A DNA stretch of 64,000 bases. It comes from Eledone cirrhosa (taxonomy: Eukaryota). Each line of letters opens with the position of its first letter. The first letter of the stretch is position 1. The position numbers and the translations under genes were made by a program. Positions 1 through 12,944 of this stretch are shown here, in pieces. The notes beneath the pieces are model-generated. The model had not been told where the DNA came from. It searched no databases and saw only the letters and a program-made list of their open reading frames with translations. The stretch spans positions 83,390,001-83,454,000 of the forward strand of contig OZ024741.1 of NCBI GenBank assembly GCA_964016885.1, in the 5' to 3' direction.

Positions 1-11
1 GATTTCCATAA

Positions 12-1380
12 CACCGAGTAACATATTTTTTTGTTCCCCGGTTGTAAGTGTCATTTCCTGGTTTGTTATATCCCATTATTATAAAAAAACACTATCATTT
101 AATAAGAAGTGTGGGTTTGTGGTCAGGAGTTTGATATTTCGTAATGTTAATATTTTTCAAGAAAAAACACATTTTTTTAAAATTTATCAGGTCATATAAT
201 TAAATCAACAGAGTATATATTTATTTTATTATACAATATTTAGTTTATATTTATTTTATTATACAAGCTTATCAAAAGCAAACAAGTAAAATCAAATAAC
301 ATTTATAAAGCAACTTATACACGTCAGAAATGACTGGATTTCCTGGATTTGCGGTTGTAGTCCAAGTCGTATTCCTGCACTAGCCCCCAGATATAGTCGC
401 CCATCAAGTTTTCATTGTAGTGGCCCTAGTACCTCCGCTCTAACTCTTTCACATCTTGGTGGAATCGTTCGCCTTGTTCTTCTGAGTAGGCGTCCAGCAT
501 ATGGAGTTTAAGCGACAACCTGCATCCCATGGCGCCAAAAGCCTTTATCAGATCCTGCACCAGTTGCTGGTAGTTTTCATCTCTGTAGTTGCCCAAGAAG
601 GCTTTAACAACTGCCTTGAAACAGTTCCATGCTGTTCTCTCAATCCTATTGAGTTTATTGGAGAACTCGTAGACTCAAACACCTTCTTTATCTGAGGTCC
701 AACAAAAATTCCACCTTTAATTTTGGCCTCAGATAACTTGGGGAAGAACTCAAGAAGGTACTTAAAAGCGGCTGATTCTTGGTTGAGAGCCTTCACAAAC
801 TGCTTCATCAATCCCAACTTAATGTGCAGTGGCGGCATGAGCACAATCCTGGGATCAACCAGTGGCTCCCACATGACGTCCCGGGTCCCAACTACAAATT
901 CTGTTCGCTGCTCCCAGTTTTTTCTTTTGTAGTGGTCAGAGGTGGCCCTGCTGCCCCAAAGGCGAGGAAGCATTGGAATTTGATAAAGCCTCCTTGGAGT
1001 CCAAGCAGGAAAGCCACCATCTTGAAGTCTCCAATGGTTTCCCAATTGTACTGGTTGTATTGCAGAGTTTCCAATAGAACTTTCACACTGTAGTAATCTT
1101 CCTTCAGGCAGACTGAATGAGCTAGGGGCAGTGTCAGGAACTTGTTTCCATTGTTGAGGAGGACAGCCTTCAAACTTGTGGTGGAAATGTCTATAAATAG
1201 CCGCCACTCCTTGGGCACAAATGGCACGCCAATAACGTCAAACAGTCCAGGCACGTCATGGCAGAAACAGAGGCCACCCCTAAGAGTGTAAAAGCCTGAG
1301 AAAGGTTCGTGTCGACTTCTCTGCTTGTCACCTGAATTTCCTCCTTGACCAAATTCCCCTGCTTCATTCTGGAGACGAAT
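12..1380 (-). mobile_element. Chapaev3-like (CMC superfamily) DNA transposon remnant, 5'-truncated, with degenerate transposase
   Basis: Frameshifted minus-strand ORFs give WRLFID..SLKAVLL.NGN, PPLHIKLGLMKQFVKAL, KLSEAKIKGGIFVGPQI and SLKLHMLDAYSEEQGERFHQD (stop at 324-326). Terminus CACCGAGTAACA at 12 is preceded by TAA. Family assignment is from recalled motifs. Confidence 0.75.
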
Positions 1381-2040
1381 GCTTAAAACACAACTTAACC
1401 TTTATTCAGGGTGCGAAAATCCAGTATCAACAAATCTCTTTAATCCACTTTTTAAAAATGTTATACTTTATTGCACTTTTATAATTTTTTTTAGGTATTA
1501 CTCTTTATTTTATAATTTTAAGTTAACCTGAAGCATATATAAAAAAATCATTTAACATAAATTAAACTTACATACAAATTAAACTTGTCTTTATCCAGAC
1601 TCCTTAAATACCAGGAAATCTCTTCGAATCACTGGACTTTTCTCATTGCCTTTGTTATTATGAAAAATCCCTCGTCTCATTAGAACATTTTTTCACGATT
1701 CGCTTCTGCTTATTCACTTCTCAACGTCTCCATCTCTATCTCACTACCCTCTTCCTTTCTTTACCAATATACACAATGACCAGCATTATACGAGAATGAC
1801 TGCATGAAGACGTGCTTTTTCTCGAATTATTTTTCCGTTTCGTCTTCTTCCTGCTTTCTATTTTTCTATTTCTGCTTTTATTTCTCATTCTATCTACAGC
1901 TGAAACCTTAATACACTGTTGCTACTGTATAAAGAATTAAAATTAATATGTTCCTTCGCTGTAGTGTATAGTTCGATTTTTTGTCTACGCTTACGTTTCT
2001 CATACATACATATACATACGCATACACAGAAATACACACA

Positions 2041-2435
2041 CATATTCATCTTTCTATGACATTCTGATGAAGTCCTTGCGTCCGAAACTTTAGGTCTCTT
2101 TTCGTAATATATGAAGCGCAAAACTAATATATTTATTCCTTTACTGAGTCGTTTGCTGTGTTTTGCTATTTGTCGTTACACTCACATATATATCTCTCTC
2201 TCTATATATATATGTTTATATTTATATATATATATATAAACACATATATATATAGAGAGATATATATGTGAGGGTGTGTCTGTGTGTATGAATGTGTGGT
2301 CAAACGACAAATAGAAAAACTCAGCAAACGACTCAGTAAAGGAATAAATATATTAGTTTTGCGCTTCATATAATAGGAAAGGAGTCCTAAAGTTTCGGAC
2401 ATAAGGCCTTCATCAGAATGTCACAGAAAGATGGT
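2041..2435. repeat. Inverted pair of PLE-type 3' ends, each with a hammerhead motif, facing a TA-rich tract
   Basis: 2041-2185 is the reverse complement of ~2295-2435. CTGATGA-A-stem-GAAAC at 2064-2088 (+) and 2392-2416 (-). Confidence 0.75.
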
Positions 2436-2493
2436 GAGTGAGCAGTGGCAGAAAACTTATTTGAGAATAAGCTAGGTCTATTCAGATTGCCAT

Positions 2494-2544
<51 letters not shown>

Positions 2545-2712
2545 ATTTGCGTATGTATATATATATATATATATATACATATATGTGTGCGTGTGTGTGT
2601 GGGCGTGTGTGCGTGTGTGTGTGTGTGTTTGCATGCGTGTATTTGCGTGTTAAGTATTTCCATAGGCAAGATAAAGGAAAGAAGAGTGCTCTATGTATAG
2701 TATAGAGCTATT

Positions 2713-2844
2713 TAATTACGTAATATAATTACACAATAAACAGCACAAAATAATTATTTCATTACCAAAGTATCCGGAAGGGTCGTCTAGTTTCCTGAAA
2801 CCTTTGGTAATGGAATAATTATATTATGTTTTTTATTACGTAAT

Positions 2845-2846
<2 letters not shown>
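2713..2846. repeat. Short imperfect fold-back next to (TA)n
   Basis: TAATTACGTAAT...TAATTATTTCATTACCAAAG pairs with CTTTGGTAATGGAATAATTA...ATTACGTAATTA. Confidence 0.55.
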
Positions 2847-2881
<35 letters not shown>

Positions 2882-3320
2882 TTGTGTGTTTGTGTATGTG
2901 CATAATAGTTTTCACAGCATTTATTTAGTTAAAGTGCAAACTTTTATCGTTAGTGAGTCAGATTATATGAATTATGCGTATTTTAATTGGATGTGTATAA
3001 TACCTCTCAGTGCTTTGGTTTCATTTCCCCTGCGCCAATAAATAAACCAATAAATACTATCGTAGGATTTGTTAAACCATAAGATTATGTTATACCGTAA
3101 AATCTTCCCGGTTGGCATGATAAGGAATTTCGATTACAACTATGTAATTTTCGTTTACCCAGCTTCATTCAGATGTCCCGGCTCGATCCAAGGTTATTGT
3201 AAATGACACTAGTCAAACCTATCACACAGTGGGATCAATCCTGTTAATTTGTATTGCAAAGTAAACATGTTAACTATTGGAACCGAGGCGCACGGGCGCA
3301 TTCACACTCAAAAACACAAT

Positions 3321-3376
<56 letters not shown>

Positions 3377-3783
3377 TGGAATGAATACAAATGATTATAT
3401 ACCGTTAAAACATGTTTATATAGAAAAATGCACCTACGTACGTTTCTCCCCAAACGGTTTTCTCAGGGGTATAGAAAACAAAAAAAAAAGATCAGTACGT
3501 GACCCAGGAGGAGTTTTAAGGTTAAATTTACATCAGAGTTAATACTTCGTTCAAGCACATGTGTTGATTTTGCCACAAAGCAAGGGGAGTAACTCTGGCC
3601 GGATTTAAATAATCGTCCCCCACTGCTTTTTACCCGTTCACACGATGGTGTTTTGCCTTATCTTGTGGGTGCTGCTTTACTATTTCCGGTTCAAGCCGGG
3701 TGTGAGATGCATATTTGGTTCACAGATGTTTATTTGCGCCGCCTTCCCACTGGAGTGTTCTGGTTTGGGCAGGGGGACCAAGT

Positions 3784-6653
3784 TTATAGTTTCCATGCCA
3801 TAGTCGGTTCCCACCCTAAATACGACACCTTTATTCGGTGCCTGCAGTTTATGACCGATTCGGCTCTGCTGTTTATGAGTTCATGGGGTGTCCTTATGAT
3901 ATAGTAAAGCTCCTTGAGGCAAAGCTCGCACTTCCTCTTGAAATTATAGGGTGCAGCCCTGCTGACAATATCCCAGTGTGTGGAGAAGCTGATGTTGGCG
4001 TCTTTTAATGTAGTGACGTAATTGGCAAGTGACGTGGAGTGTCTTATTTTTTTGTTCCTAAAAGAGTGAAGATGTGTTCGAAATCTAGTTTTGAACTGGC
4101 CAGAGGTGGCCCGTATATAGTGTTAAACTCTATTATGGCTAGTTATGGTCAACCTATAAATAACATTATCAGTCAGGCAGTTTCCCCTGAGAGGGCAGCT
4201 TCCCCTGTCATGACAGTTGCATTTTCTGTCACGGTTGCTCCTAGTTCCTGAAGTAAAGCTATTACTATTGCTACCTATGTTGTTATCTACGCCTCTAGCT
4301 CGGTCATTGGTACTGTTATATCTCAAGGCGTGCAGGGTAGTACCATTATCCCCCCGCACGCCGCAGCCCTTTCCGTTGCCGGTGGGAGACCCGTGCATGT
4401 CACCAGCATACTCCCCAGTCTCGCCTTGGTTCTGTCGGGTTCGTCTGTTGGGGCGGCCACCAGAACTATTGGGTGCTGCAAGGGAGACGTTAAGGCTATT
4501 AGTGTTGCTGTCGGGTCTAGATGTATCTGTGGTAAGGTGCCGTGTTTTGGTGAACTTACTGTGATTAGTGGCTCCTATGATGTCTGTTAGATTGTGGGTG
4601 GTAGAGAAGGATATTTTAATATTGTTCTTATTAAGTATTTTCCTGTATTTATGATTGGGTGGGAAGTTCTTCTCTAAGGCTTCGAAAAATATCCTCGGTA
4701 GGTCGGCGGCCACACTCCGAGAGTAGGGAGGGTGGAACAATAGGACATTACGGTGGCGTTACCGCTTGTCCGTGGGGTTGCTACGGGTTGTGCTTCCTAG
4801 TTGACTATACTTATGGTTGTTACTGTACTGTAGCCAGTTATGCGTCTCCTTCGCTTTATGTTCAGGTGGCCGCGCCTTCCTTCCGTTACTTTTATATGTA
4901 GCTAGATGCCGGTTGGAGGGCGTTGGTAATAGGCCACCGTCATTGCTAATCTTATAGTTAGGGAATAATTCTATCAGGCTACAGCGGCTAGCGTTACACA
5001 TGTGGTGATCCTTATTGTGCTGTAGGTCATCTTGCCGCCACTAATGTAATTAACGGTGTGGCCAAGCCACTAATGTAATTAACGGTGTGGCCAAGTTCCT
5101 TAGTGTGATTCTCTATACTATAGTTCTTGACTCTGTCTTGGCCGCAGCGTACTCGGTTATATGTATGGCTTACTATAACATTAGTCCTACGATGGGGTTG
5201 GTTTCTAGAGCTAGCGTTAAGGATATAGGAGTTTCTCCAGTTAAATCTAGCATTTAGCAGGGCCTTATTGTAGTATTCGGCCGCTTGGTTGCTGATATCC
5301 TCGTTGACGGAGAGGCTCGAGATCCTATGGGATATGCTATATACTATGAAGTTGAGAGTAGACTTAGGGTGGTTTGATGCATAGTTTATATAAGACAGAA
5401 TCTCGCCGGGCTTATGGTATGGCTTGTATAGGCCCGTCCTCAACTCCATGGTTACGTCCAGGAAGTTGACTATCTGGTGGTTGAGGTCCATAGTCAGTGA
5501 TAGTCCATATGACTTGAAGAGCCTGTGTATGCACTTGTTAAGTTTCTCTATCCTGCGGGGGCTATGGTTTCTAAAAGTAAATAGGGCATCGTCCCTATAT
5601 ACACCTCCTTGTAGGGCCGGTATATCGTCCCTAAGTCTAAGGAGGATGTATATAACGACCAGGTCGGTCACATGCGCCGAGTCACTGGATCCCATCGTGA
5701 TATCGTAGTTATCAGGACGGTTGGTTCTGGTCCAGTAGGAGCCTTTGAACTCGATAACATTCCTACGCGCTGCAAGCACTATATCTACCTCTTTTTTAGT
5801 GGGGCTAGTATTAGACTTAGCTAAGATAAGTGCCTTATTTAAGAGTATGGGGGAGTAGCTGTCTAGGCATAGTAGCTGTCTATGTCAAACTGGATGAACT
5901 TCAGAGTTGCTTTATCAGGCAACTCAATGAACCAATTAATGACCTGGTCGATCTTGCTCCAGAGACAGACCTTGGCTTTGCTATTAAGTTCCAGTAGTAC
6001 TCTATCCAGGGTCACTTTACTAATTTTACCTACATCCGATGTAGAGGGACATATTAATCTAATAGAGGGGTTTCCATTAAAGTTACATTTGTGATCCTTA
6101 AGAGAGAAACTAGGTGTCATGGGACATAAGGGTTGGTGTACTTATCTATGTCTAAGCTAGTAACTATATCCTTCCCTACCCTATTTATATCATTTAAAGT
6201 ACTAATGTGTGTTTTTTTATAATTTTTGTGTAGTTCTTTATAAATGAATTGTTTGTACTTTCTCAGGTCCATCTTATATAGCTTCTTGGTTTTGTCAGAG
6301 GTAACGAAGAGGTGTGGGTCATTCTTGATCTTGGCAATGAGTGCGTCCAGGGATGTTAAGAATGGATTACTGCATTGGCGTTTATTCTTAAACTTGATGT
6401 TTCTGATCAGTTTCAGCAAGTCCTCCTCAAAGAGGTCCAGCAGGGTGTTGTGCGGTGGGTTTCGGTACGTTTTGAAGCCGTATCTCTCTTTCGGTTCTGG
6501 AAGGTTACGGGTGTCCTTATCAAGGTGGTAGGCCTTCCATTTTACTCTCCGTATAAACGAGTTAGTAGAGTCTATAAGTTTCTTGAGGTATGTTTTTCTG
6601 CTAGGTAAGGGGATACACTTGAGAGACATGGGTAACGGCTGATTCTCCAACAT
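3784..6653 (-). pseudogene. PLE reverse transcriptase + GIY-YIG endonuclease, disrupted
   Basis: N-term SLKCIPLPSRKTYLKKLI..FIRRVKWKA; LKDHK..IRLICP; QFDIDSYY; ITMGSSDSAHV; GVYRDD; NFLDV; FHPPYS; KCNC..CPLRGNC; VIY..HYI; C-term CELCLKE..LINSRAE..CRH. Several frameshifts and stops. Confidence 0.88.
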
Positions 6654-6910
6654 GATGGTAAACAAAGTATAGTGCTCTACTATAAGGAGCACGGTAATAG
6701 AATATTTAACTATCGAGAGAGAGAAGAACAGATGAGCGATACATATATTTAGTTGCCAATAGCTTGTGCAAATATGCTCTATACTTGTGCCTACAGGGTT
6801 AAATATTAGAAGCGTTAATATCTAGCGGGCGAGAATATAAGTAGAGCGGTTACAAGTGGAATGAATACAAAGGAGTATATACCGTTAAAACATGTTTATA
6901 TAGAAAAATG

Positions 6911-6940
6911 TACGTTTCGCCCAAAAAGGGCTTCTCAAGG
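6911..6940 (-). ncRNA. Minimal hammerhead motif, U3-A8 core, in 5' pseudo-LTR
   Basis: Minus strand reads CC-TTGAGAA-GCCC-TTTTT-GGGC-GAAA-CG-TA. The homologous, more mutated copy is at 3431-3470. Confidence 0.6.
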
Positions 6941-7119
6941 ACAGAAAACAAAAAGATGATCAGTACGTGAAGGGGTATGTAGTCTTGAAACGGCGAACGT
7001 CGATTAAACCACTTTACTTTGCCGAGACTAGGTATGTGACGTTAGTTATACTTTAAAATTCATAGCGAATGGTCTTCAAAATGTTTTTAAATATTATTAA
7101 ATATATTATACGTGCATCC

Positions 7120-7189
<70 letters not shown>

Positions 7190-7194
<5 letters not shown>

Positions 7195-8640
7195 AAGAAT
7201 GGAGATTAACATGGTTGGCTGTACAATAAGGGCTTTATTTAAAGTACTGACAATTGTTTCATTGATCATGTGGGTCTAGAATTCGCTAATCACTTGATGT
7301 TGTGTTATTCGATCTCCAATACATTATTCACCTATGGTCAACACATCAGACCATGTAGATATGACAATAATTCCCCCGAGGCAAGACTTATATAGAGAAA
7401 TAGCGTATAATTAAAACAATAACATCAATAATAAAATAGCGTAAAATCTAAACAATAATATCAATAATAATACATGGATGGTAAATAGGTAGAGACGTTA
7501 CAGATGTAAAAAGATGTAGAATATAAGATAAGGTACATAAAAAAGTAAGAAAATGAGAGAATGGAAAATATAAAGAGATAAATAAATAAGTGAGATCGTG
7601 TAAGTACATAGTAGTAGTTTTTTAGTAAGTGTTCTTTGGTGGAAAGCAAGATTTGAGATGTACATAGATACGTTGGGTCCGATAAAAGATACAATAAATT
7701 AGAGATTAATTGGTGGATGTATGAATGATATTTATGGGCTAGGGATGACGAGACATTTGATAAACGCTTGTTGTAAATGTTTTGCTGATTGTTCTATCTT
7801 AATGGGGTTGATGTTGTTTCAGGGAGAGAGGTGGAAAGAAATTTTCAAAGATTTATGATCCCGTGATCAGTTGGCCGTTTGCTAGCTAATAGCAGTGCGA
7901 TGGTGTAATTTCTATATTTTAAAATCTAGGTGGTTCAGTACTAATTTTGGGATTGCTGGTTCAATTCATGGTGGTTTAAAGTTTGTGAATCTAGTAGCTA
8001 TGTTATGTCTACAGAAAATAGATCTTTCCATTTTGCTGTTAAGCAGCATCCCATCGTACCTTAAAATATGTAATAGTTCTAAATTACAAAGCCCGCAGTG
8101 GGACATACCGTTGCTTTCGCTACCGATAATTTATATTCTAGGTTTCTGTACTTAAGTTGCCAGATTTTATTGGCGAGCTTCGTAGAGTTCACCAGTGCAC
8201 GGTTCTTCATGGAGAGTCTGTAGATGTACCACGTGTTCTTAAACTCCCCATACGTGGAACCTACGTACTGCCAGGTATTTCTCTATTGCCTCGAGTGAAT
8301 TATTTTCATATCTACATGCTCTGATGTGTTGACAATTGGTGAATAATGTATTGGAGATCGAATAATGCAACATCAAGTGTTTAGTGATCTCTAGACCCAC
8401 ATGATCAACGAAACAATTGTCAGTACTTTAAATAAAGCCCTTATTGTACAGCCAACCATGTTAATCTTCATTCTTTAACTATTATTACTCCAAGTATAAC
8501 CTGCATAAAATTACCGCGAACTCGCTGCATAACTATGGAAGCATCCTGTTGAGTCAAAAAAAGCCGTACGTTAAAACTATCCACGACGCAGAGCACTCAC
8601 AACCTCTAACTGGATTACCTATAACGATAACTTGTTATGC
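7190..8640 (-). mobile_element. 5'-truncated Hydra-like PLE (GIY-YIG C-terminus) with inverted pseudo-LTR
   Basis: 7190-7385 is inverted at 8286-8481. Minus strand ~7965-8275 gives QYVGSTYGEFKN..STKLANKIWQLK..CGLCNLE..LLNSKME..CRH. Flanked by (TA)n on both sides. Confidence 0.8.
8317..8425 (+). ncRNA. Hammerhead-like motif with ~80-nt stem II domain
   Basis: TGCT-CTGATGT-GTTGA...TCAAC-GAAA-CAATTG-TC-AGTA. Inverted copy at ~7243-7353. Confidence 0.55.
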
Positions 8641-8812
<172 letters not shown>

Positions 8813-9244
8813 TGTGTTATAGACACACATAAGGCATTGGGCAGCACGAGCCTATAGTGGAAACTACATGCCCGAGCAAGATGTCTAAACGAAACAGCCA
8901 TATTTGGCGCCTTTAAACAGATGAGAGAAATATGTCTATATTTATCCTACAGTCAAGCCTCCCCACAATTTAATTGTTTATAAGAATTTTCGCATCTTCA
9001 GCCGAGCTAAAAGGACAGCAAACTGAGAATCTGTATTGCTTATTTCATTTAACAGTCATCCACAAAAACACGCATACTGACACCTAAACATACACATACT
9101 GCGCATGCGCTTATATAGATATATTATCATCATTTTTTTTTTTAAATAGTACCCAATGAACTATATTTACACATCTCTCTCCACACACATCTGTCTCTCT
9201 AGATATCTCCCTACCCATTTCTTTTGATCTCTCTCCCCTCTCCC

Positions 9245-9275
<31 letters not shown>

Positions 9276-9446
9276 GCTCTCTCGCTCGCTCGCTCTCTAT
9301 CCACACACTTACATGCAAATGTATATACGTGTGTATATGTGCGAGTTTATGTATGTGTAAATGCATGTATTGGGTTGTCAAGTTTGAAATTTGTAGATAT
9401 TTGTTTTTTTCTGTAAATTTCTACAAATTTCATACTTAACGAGCCA

Positions 9447-9488
<42 letters not shown>

Positions 9489-10040
9489 TTGAAATAATTA
9501 GCATGCAGCTTTTACCGTAAGCGTTGTTGCAGTTATTTGCGTGACTTCCATTGTCACGTAATTTTAATTCACTTTATATTTGTATCTTCTTATATATATC
9601 TCAGAGAAAAGTAATTAAATGGATTTAATTTCATTCAATTTTTTTTTTTCATTTTCTTTACATATAATTCCTTTTAACATGTTTAATTGTATTTTATGAA
9701 TTTTAAATTGCAATTGTGCCATATAATTCCGTAACATATGATTACATAAAGCTAACATTTATTTCTCATGCTCTTATTTTTGCTCTAGCTTTCTCTATAA
9801 TTCGCATTTTCTATCTTTCTTTGAATCTTTAACCCCTCTCACACTAACACCTTCACCATACCAATATCAACCACAAAATGGGACATGTAGCTATACACAC
9901 ATGCACATATATAGATATAATCACGCAGATAAGAAAAAAACACCCACACACAAAAAAATAAACGTAATTGTAATTCAAAGTTTAACTGTAGTTTGATCAA
10001 TATTTCAATTATCTCGACGCACGCACAATAATACAAAAAG

Positions 10041-10310
<270 letters not shown>

Positions 10311-10516
10311 GGCATGGGGATTTTGTGTGACTTTATGTAGGTATCAATGCAATGTGGTTCATGCACCAGTCATGCAGAATTTCATGCAATGCCTTCATTC
10401 AATCCAGGTAAACTGACTAAGCGCTTTCGTGAAACTTGTGTAACTAGGTTATACACACAACACCACATGCAGGCGGCACACTCATATATATATGTTTACA
10501 TACATACATATATATA

Positions 10517-10560
<44 letters not shown>

Positions 10561-10645
10561 ATTTCTATATATATAGATAGATAGATAGATAGATAAAGAG
10601 AGAGATATATATAGAGAGAGAGAGGGAGAGAGAGAGAGAGAGAGA

Positions 10646-10692
<47 letters not shown>

Positions 10693-12004
10693 AGTGTATT
10701 CAAGTATTGTTTATTTTTAAATAATAATGTTGTATATTTCATATATATATATATATATATATACATACATATATATATTCTGTGTATGTGCGTGTATTTG
10801 TGGTAAATCTCTATTAAATTAATTTTAAAAAATGTTTCCTAGCCAGATCGAACAAAACCTTGGTCACAGCTGTGATAACCAAAAATACTAAAGTTTTTGT
10901 CTAAAACATGTAGATTTATACTACTGAAATATGAAGCAATTAATATCCTTCGAAATTTTGCAGACATTTATTACTCCTTCTAAAACAAAATATAATAACA
11001 TTATTAATAAAAATATTAATACAAAAATGTATTTATGAAAATAATGGTTTTAATTAAAATAATTATTTTTATATAGTAATTACAATTTAACAAAGGGAAT
11101 AGTTTGAATTCCAAATAACGACCGGAAATCTAATTAAGAACATGGTATATTCACTAGTTAATTCATTTAATTCATTAAATCTGTTAAAACAAATCGACGT
11201 TTTCTGTGAATGAGTATCAGTAGGAGGCAGTATTGACTCTTTAAAAGGATAACGATTTGTGTGTCACGCAAAACATGGTTTCTTTATTTATTTTTGTAAG
11301 AGCAATAGAGGAATCAAAATCGGATGTTTATTTCGCAACTGTCATATGTTGAACTATTGAGTTATATGTGAGTGAAGTTTGGAGAAATGTTGCAAACAGA
11401 AATATATACATTTCAGTATTTAGTTACGAACCATTATTTATCAGTTTTCAGATTCCGAGGAGCAAACATTTGCCTTGCACCATTTGGATACCAAGTAACC
11501 TAATATCAGCTCTGGTTTTATTGCACAAACTCCCTGTTTTTTAGATATATATAATTCTAATATTCCTACAAGTAGTAATATTCTGTAGTAGGAAAAGTGT
11601 TTTAAATATTAGACACTAGTCCTTCATCAAAAGATAGAATGAGAAATAAGGTAGAAATAGAATGTGAATATGAAGGAAAGAAGGAAAAAAATAGAGTGAC
11701 AATATGAAGGAAAGGAGGAAAATATTGGAGATAAAGCGCGTCTGTGTTCAGTCAGTTACTTTAGAGAAATGCTGCTCTTAGAGAGGTTTTGAAAGAGAGA
11801 TTATCGTTGTGTGTTTTGAGTGTACATGTATATGTGTGAGTGCGTGTGAGAGAGAGAAAGTGTGTTGCGTTGTTTTTTGTCTGTGCAAAGCTATGAAATG
11901 ATGTGATGCATTCTAAAAGAAATGGTTTCTGTGAGAATGTAAAAGTGTATATATATATATAAACGTTTGAATATGTATAAAAACCAGCGGTTTGAGACCT
12001 TTAT

Positions 12005-12044
12005 TTCCCTCTGAAGAAGAGATATTATCTCGAAAATTAAGGAT
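12005..12044 (+). ncRNA. Minimal hammerhead motif (PLE 3' end remnant)
   Basis: CCT-CTGAAGA-A-GAGAT-ATT-ATCTC-GAAA-AT-TA-AGG. Confidence 0.6.
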
Positions 12045-12944
12045 ATTTAAATAAATCTAAGGTAAAAGACGAATTGTCAACAATATCTTTTGCAATTGCA
12101 TTCTTTTTTCTATGCCCATACCTGCATTGTTTTGGCTTTATTATACATATTCAAACGTTTATACCTCATTACACAATGCTTCAAGTGAACTATAACCTCC
12201 TCCATATATATACATATATATATAGTTATAATTCAACACACTTGTTGGTTTTCACTTCAGTTTATTATATACTTCGAGTTGGTTAGTTTAATAACTGAAT
12301 GGTTGTCTGTTTGATTATTGCTTATGCTCTTTTGTCACACACTCCTGACCTCCTCAGTGACTTATTTGTTAATTCGTGTCTCTCCTTTGTGCTGTCCTAC
12401 ACCATATTGTTATTGTGTTCTGGGAGCTGCAAGTGGGTAGCTAACAAAAATATTTTACATTTCTTAAAAGTAGAAATATTAAAATTAATTGCATATTATA
12501 TATAATAGACTAACCTGTGTAAATAATTCTCTTATAGTGAAGGAGACGTGTCCGATTAGTCACACGGTGAAATATCAAGACAATTTGAAATAACGTTTTT
12601 TGTTAACTTCATTATCATATCAGTCTTATGCGTTCAATATTAAACAGTCAATGTAACTAGTCTCAAGGAATAATTCATCGAATTAATTCCCTTGATTTTA
12701 ATTGAACCACAAGACACTAAACGGTCAATAAATAGAATTAGTTTGAATTAGTTGGAGCTGGTTTTGAATAAATTACTTTACCTTTAAGTATTTAAATTTT
12801 TAATAAGGTTATTCTGCAAATAAAGAGACACATGATAGTGAATGATAACAGTGAATTTCATATAAGCAGGACTTATACACAAACGACGAGGTAGCTGTGA
12901 TAGTATAACTGTTTAGAATATTCACAGCTTGTCAAATATACATT

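Larger units (their letters stand above)
3373..6970 (-). mobile_element. Near full-length Penelope-like element (Hydra-clade-like, family A) with direct pseudo-LTRs
   Basis: Direct repeats at 3373-3502 and 6853-6970, each with an HHR-like motif on the minus strand. RT plus GIY-YIG ORF lies between them. The 3' end abuts (TA)n. Confidence 0.88.

Noticed and set aside
11440-11500. Possible 43-nt exon (TTTTCAG ... GTAACC)
   Set aside because: Weak donor, no partner exon or recognisable protein.
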